Part shown: positions 18,135 to 27,898 of the stretch, one piece after another
Position numbering within the stretch: position 1 is the first letter of the stretch
How the letters are laid out: each line of letters opens with the position of its first letter
From: a virus
Length of the DNA: 64,000 bases
IMG/VR virus record: IMGVR_UViG_3300050343_000185
Reading direction: 5' to 3' (one strand)
Translations under genes and position numbers: made by a program
The notes under the pieces: generated by a model
Database searches by the model: none
What the model saw: the letters and a program-made list of their open reading frames with translations, nothing else
What the model was told of the DNA's origin: nothing

Positions 18135-19277
18135 TTAGGACCAGCGATCAAGTGCTTTCAGATACTGCGCCATTACTGGGTTAGAATCATCTACACCTTC
18201 GACTGGGGATTCATCAACAACTTCCGTTGGGGTAGCGATTGACTCTTTGAAGTAAGACTCCTTGATGGTCGTAACCTTCTTGGAGAATGACTCTTCCGAG
18301 ACAAACTCTAGACCCTCAGCAAGTGCTGCGAGTTTTTCTTTCTGAGTATCTGCGAGTCCTTCTGACACGGTGGACAGAATATTGAGTTTGGCAGACTCAT
18401 TAAGACGATTTTGTAATTTCACGTTTGCTTTGACCTGTTCGTCAAGGCGTGTTTCCATCTCACGAATTGATTCAGCCATACCTTCTACAACATCGACTTT
18501 CTCGTCGGGAATAGAAATGTAGTGCTCTTCAAAGAGACCCTTCAAACCTGCGATGAAGTCTGTAGTGATCTCATTTCTGATTCCACGGTCAATAGCAACT
18601 TGGTTTTGCTCCATCCATTGACCGATGGCATAGGACACTGTGCCGTCTACTTCCTCGGAAAGTTCTGCCTTAGCAGATGATACGTGCTTATCGAGTTCAG
18701 CAGCAAAGTGCTCTACAAGTTTGTCATACTCCTCAGAGATTTTCGCTTTGACAGCAGCCTCAAAAATGACTTTTGCTTTCTCAGCGAACTCTTCAGAGAG
18801 TTCTGTGCCTTCTACTAGAGCGGCAACATCAGCGGAAACATCAAGTTCTTCAAAGGAAGGCTTGATGGGGTAAGTAACAGCAGGTCCAGTACTAGTTGCG
18901 TAGGCAACATCAGCACCAACGGTAGGCATAGCGTCAGGACTACCGGCACGCTGTTGGGGATCGCCAGATACTTGCGAAATAGGTGCTGCCGCTTTAGCGC
19001 CAGGATTCTCTTCGCCGTCGTCATCATCCTCATTAGGAGCAGTGGAAGTTCCACCTAAATCTGCAGCAGCAGATTGTCCAGGAGCAACACCTGGTTGAAC
19101 TGAAGGCATAGGATCCTTGCCGCCAGAACCAGTCTGCGCGTCAGAAACCTGAGAGGGTTCACTACCAGCACCGGGGATAATGTTAGCAGAAACTGTTGGC
19201 ATAGGATCACCAGCTTCTACAATCACCTTTTGCTCGGTAACGAACTCCTCAAATTTTTCATTTAACATATCTGACAT
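18135..19277 (-). CDS. gp22: Prohead core scaffold protein
   Basis: EFAEKAKVIFEAAV, LFEEHYISIP; acidic coiled coil between gp21 and gp23. Confidence 0.92.
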   Translation of the reverse strand: MSDMLNEKFEEFVTEQKVIVEAGDPMPTVSANIIPGAGSEPSQVSDAQTGSGGKDPMPSVQPGVAPGQSAAADLGGTSTAPNEDDDDGEENPGAKAAAPISQVSGDPQQRAGSPDAMPTVGADVAYATSTGPAVTYPIKPSFEELDVSADVAALVEGTELSEEFAEKAKVIFEAAVKAKISEEYDKLVEHFAAELDKHVSSAKAELSEEVDGTVSYAIGQWMEQNQVAIDRGIRNEITTDFIAGLKGLFEEHYISIPDEKVDVVEGMAESIREMETRLDEQVKANVKLQNRLNESAKLNILSTVSEGLADTQKEKLAALAEGLEFVSEESFSKKVTTIKESYFKESIATPTEVVDESPVEGVDDSNPVMAQYLKALDRWS

Positions 19278-19320
19278 TTGAGATTACCTCGTAATTTTCC
19301 GTAAATAATTAATCTAAGTT

Positions 19321-19328
19321 TATTTATA
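19321..19328 (-). promoter_or_regulatory. T4-type late promoter TATAAATA
   Basis: Perfect consensus between the gp21 stop and gp22 start. Confidence 0.85.
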
Positions 19329-19330
19329 AA

Positions 19331-19975
19331 TCAAAGTTTTCCGAGGAAATCCTCAAACACCTTGAGTGTTCTCTCTTCTAACTCACGACGCGGAGCGCCA
19401 TTGATATAACGTTGGTATTTATCAACTTTTGATTCCTTGAGAATACCGTTGTCCCATACCCATTCTTTACCTTCCATGATGCCATTAACAAAAGCATCAG
19501 GTGCTGAAGGATCTGCTACAATATCAGCAGCAGTTGTAAGCATGAAGTCATCGCGAACTACTGAAGTATCTTCGCGCTTTTCGATGCTTCCCATACCACG
19601 GGATGAAACACCTAACTGAACTCCTTCGCCAAGTAAAGACTTAGCAATCTGTCCCATGGGTGTATCAAGAATTTGTGCCTTACCAATGAAGTTATTTCCT
19701 TCAGCGCGAAGACTTGTGATTCTGTGAGATACTCTATCAAGATTGATAGTAGGACCATCGGGATGTCCGAGTTCACCTAGAGCACGCTTTGATTTCACAT
19801 ACTCTTCGTTGTATCTCTCAACTTCATTGTTGAGAACATCGAAAGGATACATGCGACCATTACGGTTCTTTAGTTCTGACTGTAAAAATACTCCTTCGAT
19901 ATAAAGAAGTTTCTTTCCGTCTCTTTCCTCAGTGAGGATTTTGACGTTTTCAATCGTTTCCGTTATCAGTTTCAT
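19331..19975 (-). CDS. gp21: Prohead protease
   Basis: True start MKLITE at 19975; NRNGRMYP, GELGHP, GVSSRGMGS, DIVADPSAPDA. Confidence 0.95.
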   Translation of the reverse strand: MKLITETIENVKILTEERDGKKLLYIEGVFLQSELKNRNGRMYPFDVLNNEVERYNEEYVKSKRALGELGHPDGPTINLDRVSHRITSLRAEGNNFIGKAQILDTPMGQIAKSLLGEGVQLGVSSRGMGSIEKREDTSVVRDDFMLTTAADIVADPSAPDAFVNGIMEGKEWVWDNGILKESKVDKYQRYINGAPRRELEERTLKVFEDFLGKL

Positions 19976-20162
19976 CGGGTTCTTCCGTTTCTGTGGGTTC
20001 ATCAAAGAATGTATTCGCGGCAACCTGCTTGTATGTTGCCATAGCATCAGATGCTTTAGCAAAAAGTAGATCATGAATAGCATCAATAGCAGATGCCCTG
20101 TCGTTGTCGCTGATCTTATCAACGATATTTACCACGCCAGGTTCAGGGTTATGTTGTTCCAT
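19950..20162 (-). CDS. Small acidic prohead core-like protein (positional equivalent of gp67/68)
   Basis: 70-aa ORF between gp20 and gp21. Confidence 0.6.
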   Translation of the reverse strand: MEQHNPEPGVVNIVDKISDNDRASAIDAIHDLLFAKASDAMATYKQVAANTFFDEPTETEEPDETDNGND

Positions 20163-20181
20163 AATAAGTATTCTGTATAAT

Positions 20182-21885
20182 TTATTTATTATTTGTAGAA
20201 GGTGAAGGCATTTTCTTTGCCTTATCTACTTCTCTTTCTGCCGCAGCGTCAGCAGAAATTGCCTCTCTTTCCGCTGCATCTTGTGCTTGCTGATCCTGAA
20301 TTTCAGGAGCAAGGGCAGTGTTTGCTGCTGTCATTTGATCCATAGCATTTGTTTCTGCTGGATCAACAGAGATACCAGAAGCAATCTCCTTACGAATTTG
20401 CTTATCGATATCCTTATATTCTGTATCTTTCTGACCCAGAACATGACGACGGATATATTCAACAGAGAAATACTTACCAACAAAAGGATCCATTTGACTT
20501 ACAGTCATCATCCTCTGGTTCATCATTTCAATTTCTTTTAGTTCATTGAAATGATTATCAAAGAGATAGTCATACTGGATATGCTCCTTCATATCATCCC
20601 AGTCTTCAGGAGAAATTACTCCTTTAAGAATGAGTTGAGTCTTGAGCATGTCGTGGAACATCTCAGAGAATCTCTTACGGAGACGACCAATGAACTTTGT
20701 AAACTTAAGTTCATCGCGAAGAACCTCAGTAGTTTTACCAAGATTAAATCCTTTGCTATCGTCAGTAAGACGTGAAGGTGGTAGGTTCAGTGAGTTGTAT
20801 AGTTTCTTTTTGAAATACTCAACATCCTTGAGCTCACCTAGGTTCTGTCCTCCAGGCAACGTAGTAATTTCAGTACCACGTCCACCCTCTCTACGAGGCA
20901 ACCAGAAATCTTCAAGCATACTCATGTGCTTTTTGTCATCACGCATCTCGCCAGTTTGTGCGTCATACACAAGCTTGTTGCGATAGCGAGACATAACATC
21001 ACGCAAGTATTGTTCTGCTTTTACCTTAGGTAGATTGCCTACATCGATGTAGAAAATTCTACGCTCAGGTGCGCGTGATAATCTGTAGATAACAATTGAA
21101 TCTTCAATCATTCTTAATTGATTGAGAGTCTTGATTGCCTTATGAAGGAAACCAAGAGTCATTCTTTTGTTTAAATCTTGTAGTCCAGAAGGACAGAATG
21201 TAATTGAATCAGTTGCCATCTTGACACCCTGAGACAAAGACATATCTCCAATCGGTCCTAGGACACCGCCTTTATAGAAACCTTTTGGATTGTAAAGATA
21301 GTAATCGACAAACGTTCCATATTCATACTCAAGCGCCGTGCCTTTGATTGCTGCTTTCGCTAGAGAATCTTTTGGAGTATTGTCAATTTTTTGACGAACT
21401 TTCTTGATCTTCATCGGATCAATATAACGAAGTTCTGTAATACCTTTTCTGGGATTATCTAAATCGATAACCTTATGATAAAATAAACGTCCATCAATAT
21501 ACCAAGTTCGGACAATCTCATGTGCTCGATTGTCGAAGTTTAAAAGTCTTTTGAGATACTCAAACTCATTACGAATTTTAGTTTTTACTCCAGCACCAAC
21601 ACCTAGATTATCTAAGTTAATTTCTACAGGAGAATCGTAAGCATCACTTACGATAAACTCGTTAACAACTTCATCTACAGCACTATCCACTTCTGGGTGG
21701 ATTGCCATATCACGATAACGACGGATCATCTCAAACTCATTACGAGCTTGATTATCCGTATCTACATACGTTCCATAATATCCACCTGCTGCTACTGCAA
21801 CTGGATCTTCAGCAGAAGGAGGGACAGGAGATTGACCTCGCTGCCCCTCTTTTCTGTTAATTTGGAAGCCAAATAACTGACTCAT
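20182..21885 (-). CDS. gp20: Portal vertex protein
   Basis: YRDMAIHPEVD, RAPERRIFYIDVG, EDFWLPRREGGRGTEI. Confidence 0.97.
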   Translation of the reverse strand: MSQLFGFQINRKEGQRGQSPVPPSAEDPVAVAAGGYYGTYVDTDNQARNEFEMIRRYRDMAIHPEVDSAVDEVVNEFIVSDAYDSPVEINLDNLGVGAGVKTKIRNEFEYLKRLLNFDNRAHEIVRTWYIDGRLFYHKVIDLDNPRKGITELRYIDPMKIKKVRQKIDNTPKDSLAKAAIKGTALEYEYGTFVDYYLYNPKGFYKGGVLGPIGDMSLSQGVKMATDSITFCPSGLQDLNKRMTLGFLHKAIKTLNQLRMIEDSIVIYRLSRAPERRIFYIDVGNLPKVKAEQYLRDVMSRYRNKLVYDAQTGEMRDDKKHMSMLEDFWLPRREGGRGTEITTLPGGQNLGELKDVEYFKKKLYNSLNLPPSRLTDDSKGFNLGKTTEVLRDELKFTKFIGRLRKRFSEMFHDMLKTQLILKGVISPEDWDDMKEHIQYDYLFDNHFNELKEIEMMNQRMMTVSQMDPFVGKYFSVEYIRRHVLGQKDTEYKDIDKQIRKEIASGISVDPAETNAMDQMTAANTALAPEIQDQQAQDAAEREAISADAAAEREVDKAKKMPSPSTNNK

Positions 21886-21921
21886 GATTATCTATTTAAC
21901 TTGTGCGCTTCCAACTATTTA

Positions 21922-22509
21922 TCAGACCACGCCAATGCCAGAAACTCCATCTCTGGATCCTGCTTCAGCGGTGAAGTAAGAATACTGCCACTCAACAGTG
22001 AATTCTTCAATCTGATCATTGCTATCATAAGCAAGATCGATAGGAGAAACATTAGTTGGGAAGCAATACTTCAGAGTATATGCTCTGAGAATTGATCCTT
22101 CTTCGCTCGCATCTTTTTCAAGTTGCTTGACAGAAAGATCTGCCATGTAACCAGAAGTTGTTGATGGAGTAAAGAGTGGGGATGTGTTTGCTTCGTGGGT
22201 GTTGATGTTGTTTGCCCACTCTTCAAAGAATGCGCGAAGTTTGAAGTCCTTATCATTGAAGAAAGTAGCAGACCATGTATCGAAGGTGCGATCACCTGCG
22301 ATTTTGACTGTTCTTCCTCTGAAAGGAACTTCGATCACACCTAGATTTGAACCTGGTAGAGCAGCAGACTTACAAAGAATATTTGTAAGTTTCAGATCCT
22401 CACCGCCCTTTGAAAGAGCGTCAGGAAACTTAACGTCCACCAGGAACATGTTGGGCTTAACGCCCTGACCGATAGTTTGTAAGAAACTAGAAACGTTTGA
22501 CAGTGCCAT
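21922..22509 (-). CDS. gp19: Tail tube protein
   Basis: VPFRGRTVKIAGDRTFDTW, IEEFTVEWQY. Confidence 0.96.
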   Translation of the reverse strand: MALSNVSSFLQTIGQGVKPNMFLVDVKFPDALSKGGEDLKLTNILCKSAALPGSNLGVIEVPFRGRTVKIAGDRTFDTWSATFFNDKDFKLRAFFEEWANNINTHEANTSPLFTPSTTSGYMADLSVKQLEKDASEEGSILRAYTLKYCFPTNVSPIDLAYDSNDQIEEFTVEWQYSYFTAEAGSRDGVSGIGVV

Positions 22510-22547
22510 TGTTGTTTATCTCGTAATTTTTTCTCTATAATTAATTA

Positions 22548-24452
22548 TCATCTACCGATGACTTCAGCAAACGAAACGCCCGTCTTAGTAGCAGTTACTG
22601 TAACTGTTACATAATTGATGGAGCGTGTAGGCTTGAGGTAGAGTTCAGCGACAAACTCATTTCTGTCGATGATTTCTGGAGTATTGTTTGTGTCGTCACA
22701 AACAACCAAGAAATCTGTAACACCTCTACGTGCTTGAACTTCAGCAAGATAAGAAGTCATTGAAGCAGCAAATGCTCCACGAGTTGTGCTGTCGTTTTGC
22801 TCAAAGAGTACGCTTTCTGCGAGTCCTCTTGCTCTCTTCTCAACGTTGAGGAATAAACGGCGAACGTTAATTCTGTCAAATGCGGAAGGAGAAGCAAGAG
22901 CAGTTTTATCTCCAAATAGAACAGGACCAGAACCGACCATTGAGACGATTGGGTTTACTCTATTTGTGTAAAGATCATCACGTTGTGCTTTGTTTGGATT
23001 GAAAGCAAGTTTTACAACATTCTGAATACCACCACGATTTAGACCAGCAGGTGAGAACCAGTCATCAAGGATAGAAGAAGTTGAAACACATACACCAGCA
23101 ACATCACCGTTACAACCTACGTAACGATACTTGTCATTGAAACGATCGTATGTATACTTAACACCACTGTCTAGAACAACATATGAAGAAGAACTGATGT
23201 TATCAAAGAATGCTATTGTGTTTGATAGTTGTAGTGCTGGAGTCAAAGCACTGCCACCAGAAGTAGCTACTTGAGTACCAGTCCAAGGAGAAAGGAATGC
23301 GACACAATCTTTTCTGCTGTTAGCAATAGCAGCAACTGCTTGTGCTTTAGCAACAGTATCGTTTTCGTTAGCAGCATTTCCACCCATCAAAACGAAGTCA
23401 ACAGTTGTTTGCTCTGTATCTAGGAACTCATCATATGCTGCTTGGATTTCACCAGCAGTATATGCGTAGTCATCAGTACCACCAGTTAAAGCACCACCTG
23501 CAGTAGGCAGAATTCTTGCTAGTTCTAGTGGGGAAGCAGCAGTAGCACCATAAGATGCAGCAGCAGCACCGGGATCTTCTCCAACAGTTGTTACTTCAGC
23601 AGAACTAAGACCAACACCAGCATAGACATATCTGGAATACTGATTTACGTAATCCTTCCAATAAGATGAAGCACCTTCTGGAGTTTTGCCGTCAGTTAAT
23701 TTTGTGAGATACGTTAGTCTCTCAACAATAGTATTGGTTGCTGTATCAACAACAGCAACATGTACTTCGTCATTTGAAAGGAAACGCTCTGCAGCATATG
23801 CAGATGTGCCAGGACGAGGACCAATTGCTTTATAAGTTAAACCAGTTGAAGCGATTGTTTGTGAATTGTAATCCCAAGCAGTTGCTGTATCACCAGCAGC
23901 AGGAGTTGGAACAGCAGAACCTTTTACAATGGAGAAACTATTAGCGTTAATAACTTCATACACTTCGTGTCCTACGGCAGCATCGTCTGTATATGTGCCA
24001 CCAACTGCTAAACCATGACCAGTTTTTGCGATGACATAATCAGCGCCACGGTCAACGACTACGATGCTAAGGTTGTTACCTTCAGCACCAGCATAGCGAG
24101 CAGCAAACTTCTCGGAAGTTACGCCAGCATCGAAAGCATCCTTATCACCGATAAGAACACCACTACCACTTTCGGTAGCATTTAAAACACTAGTTGTTGC
24201 TCTAACAACTGCGAGTTGTCCGCCGTAGCGGAGGAATTCTGAAGCAACCAACCAATCTCCAGCGTTAGCCTCGGATGGTGCGCCGAACACATCAATAAGT
24301 TCTCTTTCGGAACCAATGTTTACAATTTTGCCTACTGGACCAGTGCGGAATGAAGAAGCAATAGCACCGCGAATAGCGGTAGCTCCTACTACAACAGCAT
24401 TGGAAAAATCACGTTCTCTAATAACAACACCAGGCGAGACTTGACTTGCCAT
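22548..24452 (-). CDS. gp18: Tail sheath protein
   Basis: SPGVVIRERD, WFSPAG, FDRINVRRLF, LKPTRSINY. Confidence 0.96.
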   Translation of the reverse strand: MASQVSPGVVIRERDFSNAVVVGATAIRGAIASSFRTGPVGKIVNIGSERELIDVFGAPSEANAGDWLVASEFLRYGGQLAVVRATTSVLNATESGSGVLIGDKDAFDAGVTSEKFAARYAGAEGNNLSIVVVDRGADYVIAKTGHGLAVGGTYTDDAAVGHEVYEVINANSFSIVKGSAVPTPAAGDTATAWDYNSQTIASTGLTYKAIGPRPGTSAYAAERFLSNDEVHVAVVDTATNTIVERLTYLTKLTDGKTPEGASSYWKDYVNQYSRYVYAGVGLSSAEVTTVGEDPGAAAASYGATAASPLELARILPTAGGALTGGTDDYAYTAGEIQAAYDEFLDTEQTTVDFVLMGGNAANENDTVAKAQAVAAIANSRKDCVAFLSPWTGTQVATSGGSALTPALQLSNTIAFFDNISSSSYVVLDSGVKYTYDRFNDKYRYVGCNGDVAGVCVSTSSILDDWFSPAGLNRGGIQNVVKLAFNPNKAQRDDLYTNRVNPIVSMVGSGPVLFGDKTALASPSAFDRINVRRLFLNVEKRARGLAESVLFEQNDSTTRGAFAASMTSYLAEVQARRGVTDFLVVCDDTNNTPEIIDRNEFVAELYLKPTRSINYVTVTVTATKTGVSFAEVIGR

Positions 24453-24480
24453 GTTTTATACCTCTTTAGATATCAATTTT

Positions 24481-24498
24481 ATCTAAATCTATTTAGAT
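24481..24498 (-). promoter_or_regulatory. Late promoter (CTAAATA) inside an 8-bp inverted repeat
   Basis: ATCTAAAT-CT-ATTTAGAT upstream of gp18. Confidence 0.65.
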
Positions 24499-24534
24499 TT
24501 TTGAATGCTTCAGAGGTGGTGAACAATACATGAA

Positions 24535-24765
24535 CTACCAATCTGGATATCCCCAATCAGTAAATGGATCTCTCTTTTTTCTAGATTCCATAACCCTTTT
24601 GACAGTACACTCTTTACATTCGTAGGCGTATGCTGATGGATGTCCTTTCTTAGTTTTTCGCGTAAGATAAAAATCTTCTATAAGATCTTTTTTAATCCCA
24701 CATGATCTACATTTTCTTTCTTTGAATAGAATATGTTCTAATGAAAATTGGTCTTCAATGTTCAT
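24535..24765 (-). CDS. Small CxxC...CxxC zinc-finger protein (EndoVII N-terminal-like)
   Basis: Start MNIEDQF overlaps the gp17 stop; RKCRSCG...KDLIEDFY...YECKEC. Confidence 0.65.
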   Translation of the reverse strand: MNIEDQFSLEHILFKERKCRSCGIKKDLIEDFYLTRKTKKGHPSAYAYECKECTVKRVMESRKKRDPFTDWGYPDW

Positions 24766-26417
24766 TAGTAGTTCCACATGTATCCGACTTCTTCTTGCTT
24801 GTCTCCATATTCCCAAAGGTTTCCATCTCCATCAACAAAAGTATCATCACCCATACCATCATCAAGGAAACCAAATGGAGCCATGTCTTGTTCTATTTGA
24901 TTACGTTGTTCGTCATAGATTCTTCTTCGGATATCCTGATCTGTCATCTCTTTAAAATACTCTTGCATGACTAACCATGCGAAGAGAACCATACACATTA
25001 CAAGGTCATCATGGTATCCTTCATCTGCTTCCCATGCTTGTTTCTTTTGAACGAACGTGGTAAGTTCTTGGAAGATCTGGAAATCATTAAACAATAACTT
25101 GTCTTCTTCAATAATAGCTTTGAGATTAGAGCAACCGATCTTCTTCACGGTCACACTCATCTTGACACCTAGTTGTGTTTTTGATCCTGAGAATCCTTGA
25201 CCCACAACTTGACCCGCTCTACCACGCATTGCACACATAAGTACATTAGGATATTCAAGATCATAATTGAGAGTAGCAGCAATAGAATCTCCAATGTCAT
25301 TTACTTCTACCAGAACGTATGGGTTATTATATTCTTTGCAAACTTGAAAAATTACTGAGGGAAACAATACAGGTTTAATCTCATTATTTCTGTACTTCGC
25401 AACGATCTTATACGGCATCGTGGTGATATCAAACACGAGGAAAGCAGAATAGTCGCCACCAATTCCCCTGGCAACATCGACAGTAATAATATATTCGTGA
25501 TCCTTTTCGACTCTCTCATAGATATCAAGTCCAGCATTTGATTTAATCGGATCAGCGAATGGTATAGTTTGTAGTTTTGCTGGACTAATCAAAGTGTCAG
25601 CAGATCCAAGGAAGTCGCATTCAAACTCCTGCGCGAACTGTCTTGGGGATGTGTTCTTAATCGTCTCTTCTTTCCACTTAGCATCTCTGCCAGGAACTTG
25701 AGACCAGTGAACTTCGTTAGTAGTATAATCATTTTTACCACGCCTAGCATCCTCCCACATCTTGTAGAAGTGATTCATGCCATTGGGCGTAGAGATAATA
25801 ATTACTTTCGTTGATTTACCAGAAGTAATAGTAGGATAAACAGAGGCAAAGAATTGCTCCGCAACATGGTTTGGAACGAATGCGAACTCATCGAGGAAGA
25901 GAATGTTAAACGACATGCCTCGGACAGCACTTGCAGATGTAGAAGCTGCCAATATCTTACTGCCATTTTCTAACTCCACATTACCTTTGTTCCAGACTAA
26001 CACACCATGCTGCATCCACTTTGGTAGATTCTCGTAAGCAAGTTGTAATCTTCCTAGCAGTTCCCTAGCGGTAGATGCCTTGTTTGCAAGAATACCAATA
26101 TTAACACTATCGTAAAAAATTGCGTAATAAAGAAGATAAGCGACAACCGTAGTAGACTTCCCTGTTTGTCTTGGGAGCTTTGCGATGTTGAATCTTGTCT
26201 CATGAAAATCACTCAAAATCTTTTTTTGAAAATCATACATCTCAAAAGGCACCAAACCTTCGTCAAGAGAGATGATTTTTATATAGTTCATCGCAAAGTA
26301 AATAGGATCATTTTTACACTTGATCCACTCATCAATCTGCTTCTTTGTAAATTGTATTGGGGTCCCAGCCTTTTTCAGGTTGGGATTACCCAAATATACA
26401 TCAGTACCAGTCGCCAA
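24765..26417 (-). CDS. gp17: Terminase large subunit (TTG start)
   Basis: YLGNPNLK, PRQTGKST, LFLDEFAF, STPNG, HDDLVM; CTAAATA at 26442-26448. Confidence 0.97.
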   Translation of the reverse strand: MATGTDVYLGNPNLKKAGTPIQFTKKQIDEWIKCKNDPIYFAMNYIKIISLDEGLVPFEMYDFQKKILSDFHETRFNIAKLPRQTGKSTTVVAYLLYYAIFYDSVNIGILANKASTARELLGRLQLAYENLPKWMQHGVLVWNKGNVELENGSKILAASTSASAVRGMSFNILFLDEFAFVPNHVAEQFFASVYPTITSGKSTKVIIISTPNGMNHFYKMWEDARRGKNDYTTNEVHWSQVPGRDAKWKEETIKNTSPRQFAQEFECDFLGSADTLISPAKLQTIPFADPIKSNAGLDIYERVEKDHEYIITVDVARGIGGDYSAFLVFDITTMPYKIVAKYRNNEIKPVLFPSVIFQVCKEYNNPYVLVEVNDIGDSIAATLNYDLEYPNVLMCAMRGRAGQVVGQGFSGSKTQLGVKMSVTVKKIGCSNLKAIIEEDKLLFNDFQIFQELTTFVQKKQAWEADEGYHDDLVMCMVLFAWLVMQEYFKEMTDQDIRRRIYDEQRNQIEQDMAPFGFLDDGMGDDTFVDGDGNLWEYGDKQEEVGYMWNY

Positions 26418-26444
26418 AACAAAAACCTAGTTCACCACTAGTAT

Positions 26445-26744
26445 TTAGAGATCTCCAAATTTATCATTTAATTCATTGATAGAATCTCTTTTTCCTTTGA
26501 TCATACCATCAATATATCCTGCGCGATATTCCCAAGTAGTTCCACCCTCTTTTCCTTTTGATGGGTTGATACAAGTATTATCTCCTAAGTTATTACAAAC
26601 TAAACCAGCAAGGTCTAGTTCACTTCTATCATATGATGCGGCAGTGCCACTGAAGATGTGTTTGCCGTTAATCCAAATAGCACCACATTTAGGACATTCT
26701 TTTCTCTCTAGTTTGAGATCCGACAGTTCCTTATCGTTGGTCAT
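26445..26744 (-). CDS. Cys-rich conserved cyanophage/cyanobacterial hypothetical protein
   Basis: ECPKCGAIW...ELDLAGLVCN...CINP. Confidence 0.65.
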   Translation of the reverse strand: MTNDKELSDLKLERKECPKCGAIWINGKHIFSGTAASYDRSELDLAGLVCNNLGDNTCINPSKGKEGGTTWEYRAGYIDGMIKGKRDSINELNDKFGDL

Positions 26745-26952
26745 CTTTTAATTCCTTTATGAGTTTATTGTAATCAGGTAAATCCTTTATGAGTTGTTGT
26801 TCTAGTTTACGTCTCATCATAAACGTTCTAAATTTAATCCACTGATATCTAATCATAAGATCAATGTATGCGAAGAGACGCACTGTTTCTTCCATACCTG
26901 CATATGCTACAAGTAAAACGAAACCAGTAAGTAATACGTATATGCCAAGCAT
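26731..26952 (-). CDS. Hypothetical membrane protein (73 aa)
   Basis: Hydrophobic N-terminus; coupled to the downstream ORF. Confidence 0.6.
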   Translation of the reverse strand: MLGIYVLLTGFVLLVAYAGMEETVRLFAYIDLMIRYQWIKFRTFMMRRKLEQQLIKDLPDYNKLIKELKDDQR

Positions 26953-26959
26953 GATAATA

Positions 26960-26993
26960 TTCCACTACAAACATTATAGTGTATGTAGTGGAA
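26960..26993 (-). promoter_or_regulatory. 10-bp inverted repeat enclosing a TATAAT box
   Basis: TTCCACTACA-N14-TGTAGTGGAA; minus-strand TATAAT at 26974-26979. Confidence 0.45.
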
Positions 26994-27038
26994 AAGAATG
27001 TATCGTTTAGCTACTTTTTTATAAGTGTGGGTTTACAC

Positions 27039-27500
27039 TTATTCTATTAACGTGCCATGTTCTCTACGAATCTCTCTTAGTTTTTCTAAGTTCATATCTT
27101 TAGTGCCTCCATCATAGGCATGAGCATACCCTTCAGTAATCATCTGCTCGTTCAATGATATTTCTGCGTCTCCAATATATAACCAACCAAGAAGGCGACC
27201 GTACTTACCCATACCGCCAACCAATTCAGTTCGGACAGAGAGTTCATCATCACCAGCAATAGCACCTTCTAGTTTTTCTTTCATCCAGTTGGTAGCATCT
27301 AGTCCCAGAGCTTTCTCCTCAAGGTTTCTAGTTCTCTTCTCTGGCGTATCAACTCCAGCAACTCTAACTCTTTCTTTCTTGTATAAATCAAACCCGAGGT
27401 CGATAGTAACATCAATAGTATCACCATCAAGGACACGATTGATCTCCGTCACTCGGAAGTTGTAGCAGCTCTTCCTGCTCGGTGGCGTCATTGCTCCCAT
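27039..27500 (-). CDS. Thermonuclease (SNase-like) endonuclease
   Basis: RVLDGDTID...RVRVAGVDTPE...KYGRLLG...MITEGYA. Confidence 0.85.
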   Translation of the reverse strand: MGAMTPPSRKSCYNFRVTEINRVLDGDTIDVTIDLGFDLYKKERVRVAGVDTPEKRTRNLEEKALGLDATNWMKEKLEGAIAGDDELSVRTELVGGMGKYGRLLGWLYIGDAEISLNEQMITEGYAHAYDGGTKDMNLEKLREIRREHGTLIE

Positions 27501-27636
27501 CTTCTAACTCTGCAAATGCTTGTCGTAGTATGTATACGACTACGAACAATGCTCCGGCAACTGCTAGTATTACACATATAATTACCGACCATACAGGATC
27601 AGTAACATTATCAAGAGGGCGTAATAATAAATTCAT
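27427..27636 (-). CDS. Small membrane protein
   Basis: Single TM segment VWSVIICVILAVAGALFVVVYIL; ATGA overlap. Confidence 0.55.
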   Translation of the reverse strand: MNLLLRPLDNVTDPVWSVIICVILAVAGALFVVVYILRQAFAELEDGSNDATEQEELLQLPSDGDQSCP

Positions 27637-27710
27637 TTCTTAACAGGCCAAGTAAGTTCCATTCCTATAGTAAGTAGTATCACAAATCCAAATACAAATA
27701 TAGCACTCAT
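27633..27710 (-). CDS. 25-aa hydrophobic micro-ORF
   Basis: MSAIFVFGFVILLTIGMELTWPVKK; ATGA overlap downstream and 4-nt overlap upstream. Confidence 0.5.
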   Translation of the reverse strand: MSAIFVFGFVILLTIGMELTWPVKK

Positions 27711-27898
27711 AGTTCATTAAATTTATAATCTAACATCATTCGGAAAAGAGAATCTCTCATTACCCATAGGTGCTCTTGTTCTTCTGCTGGTCGAGCAGGA
27801 AATCCTTCCCACATTTCTAACCTCTTTATCACACAATGGTGTAAGAGACGTATATCTTCTATTGTTAAATTGACAGTGTAGTCCGGTTCCTTATTCAT
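27707..27898 (-). CDS. Hypothetical protein (63 aa)
   Basis: In a chain of overlapping ORFs. Confidence 0.6.
   Translation of the reverse strand: MNKEPDYTVNLTIEDIRLLHHCVIKRLEMWEGFPARPAEEQEHLWVMRDSLFRMMLDYKFNEL

Noticed and set aside
19976-20122. N-terminal extensions in the ORF track (gp21, 41586, 39598, 38826, 36114, 35530, 24816, 12609, 5529)
   Set aside because: They overlap upstream genes; conserved N-termini and start/stop coupling point to later starts.
8813-26417. Inteins or group I introns in gp46, uvsW, gp20, gp23 or gp17
   Set aside because: All have normal lengths and continuous motifs; no intein blocks or LAGLIDADG/HNH insertions were seen.
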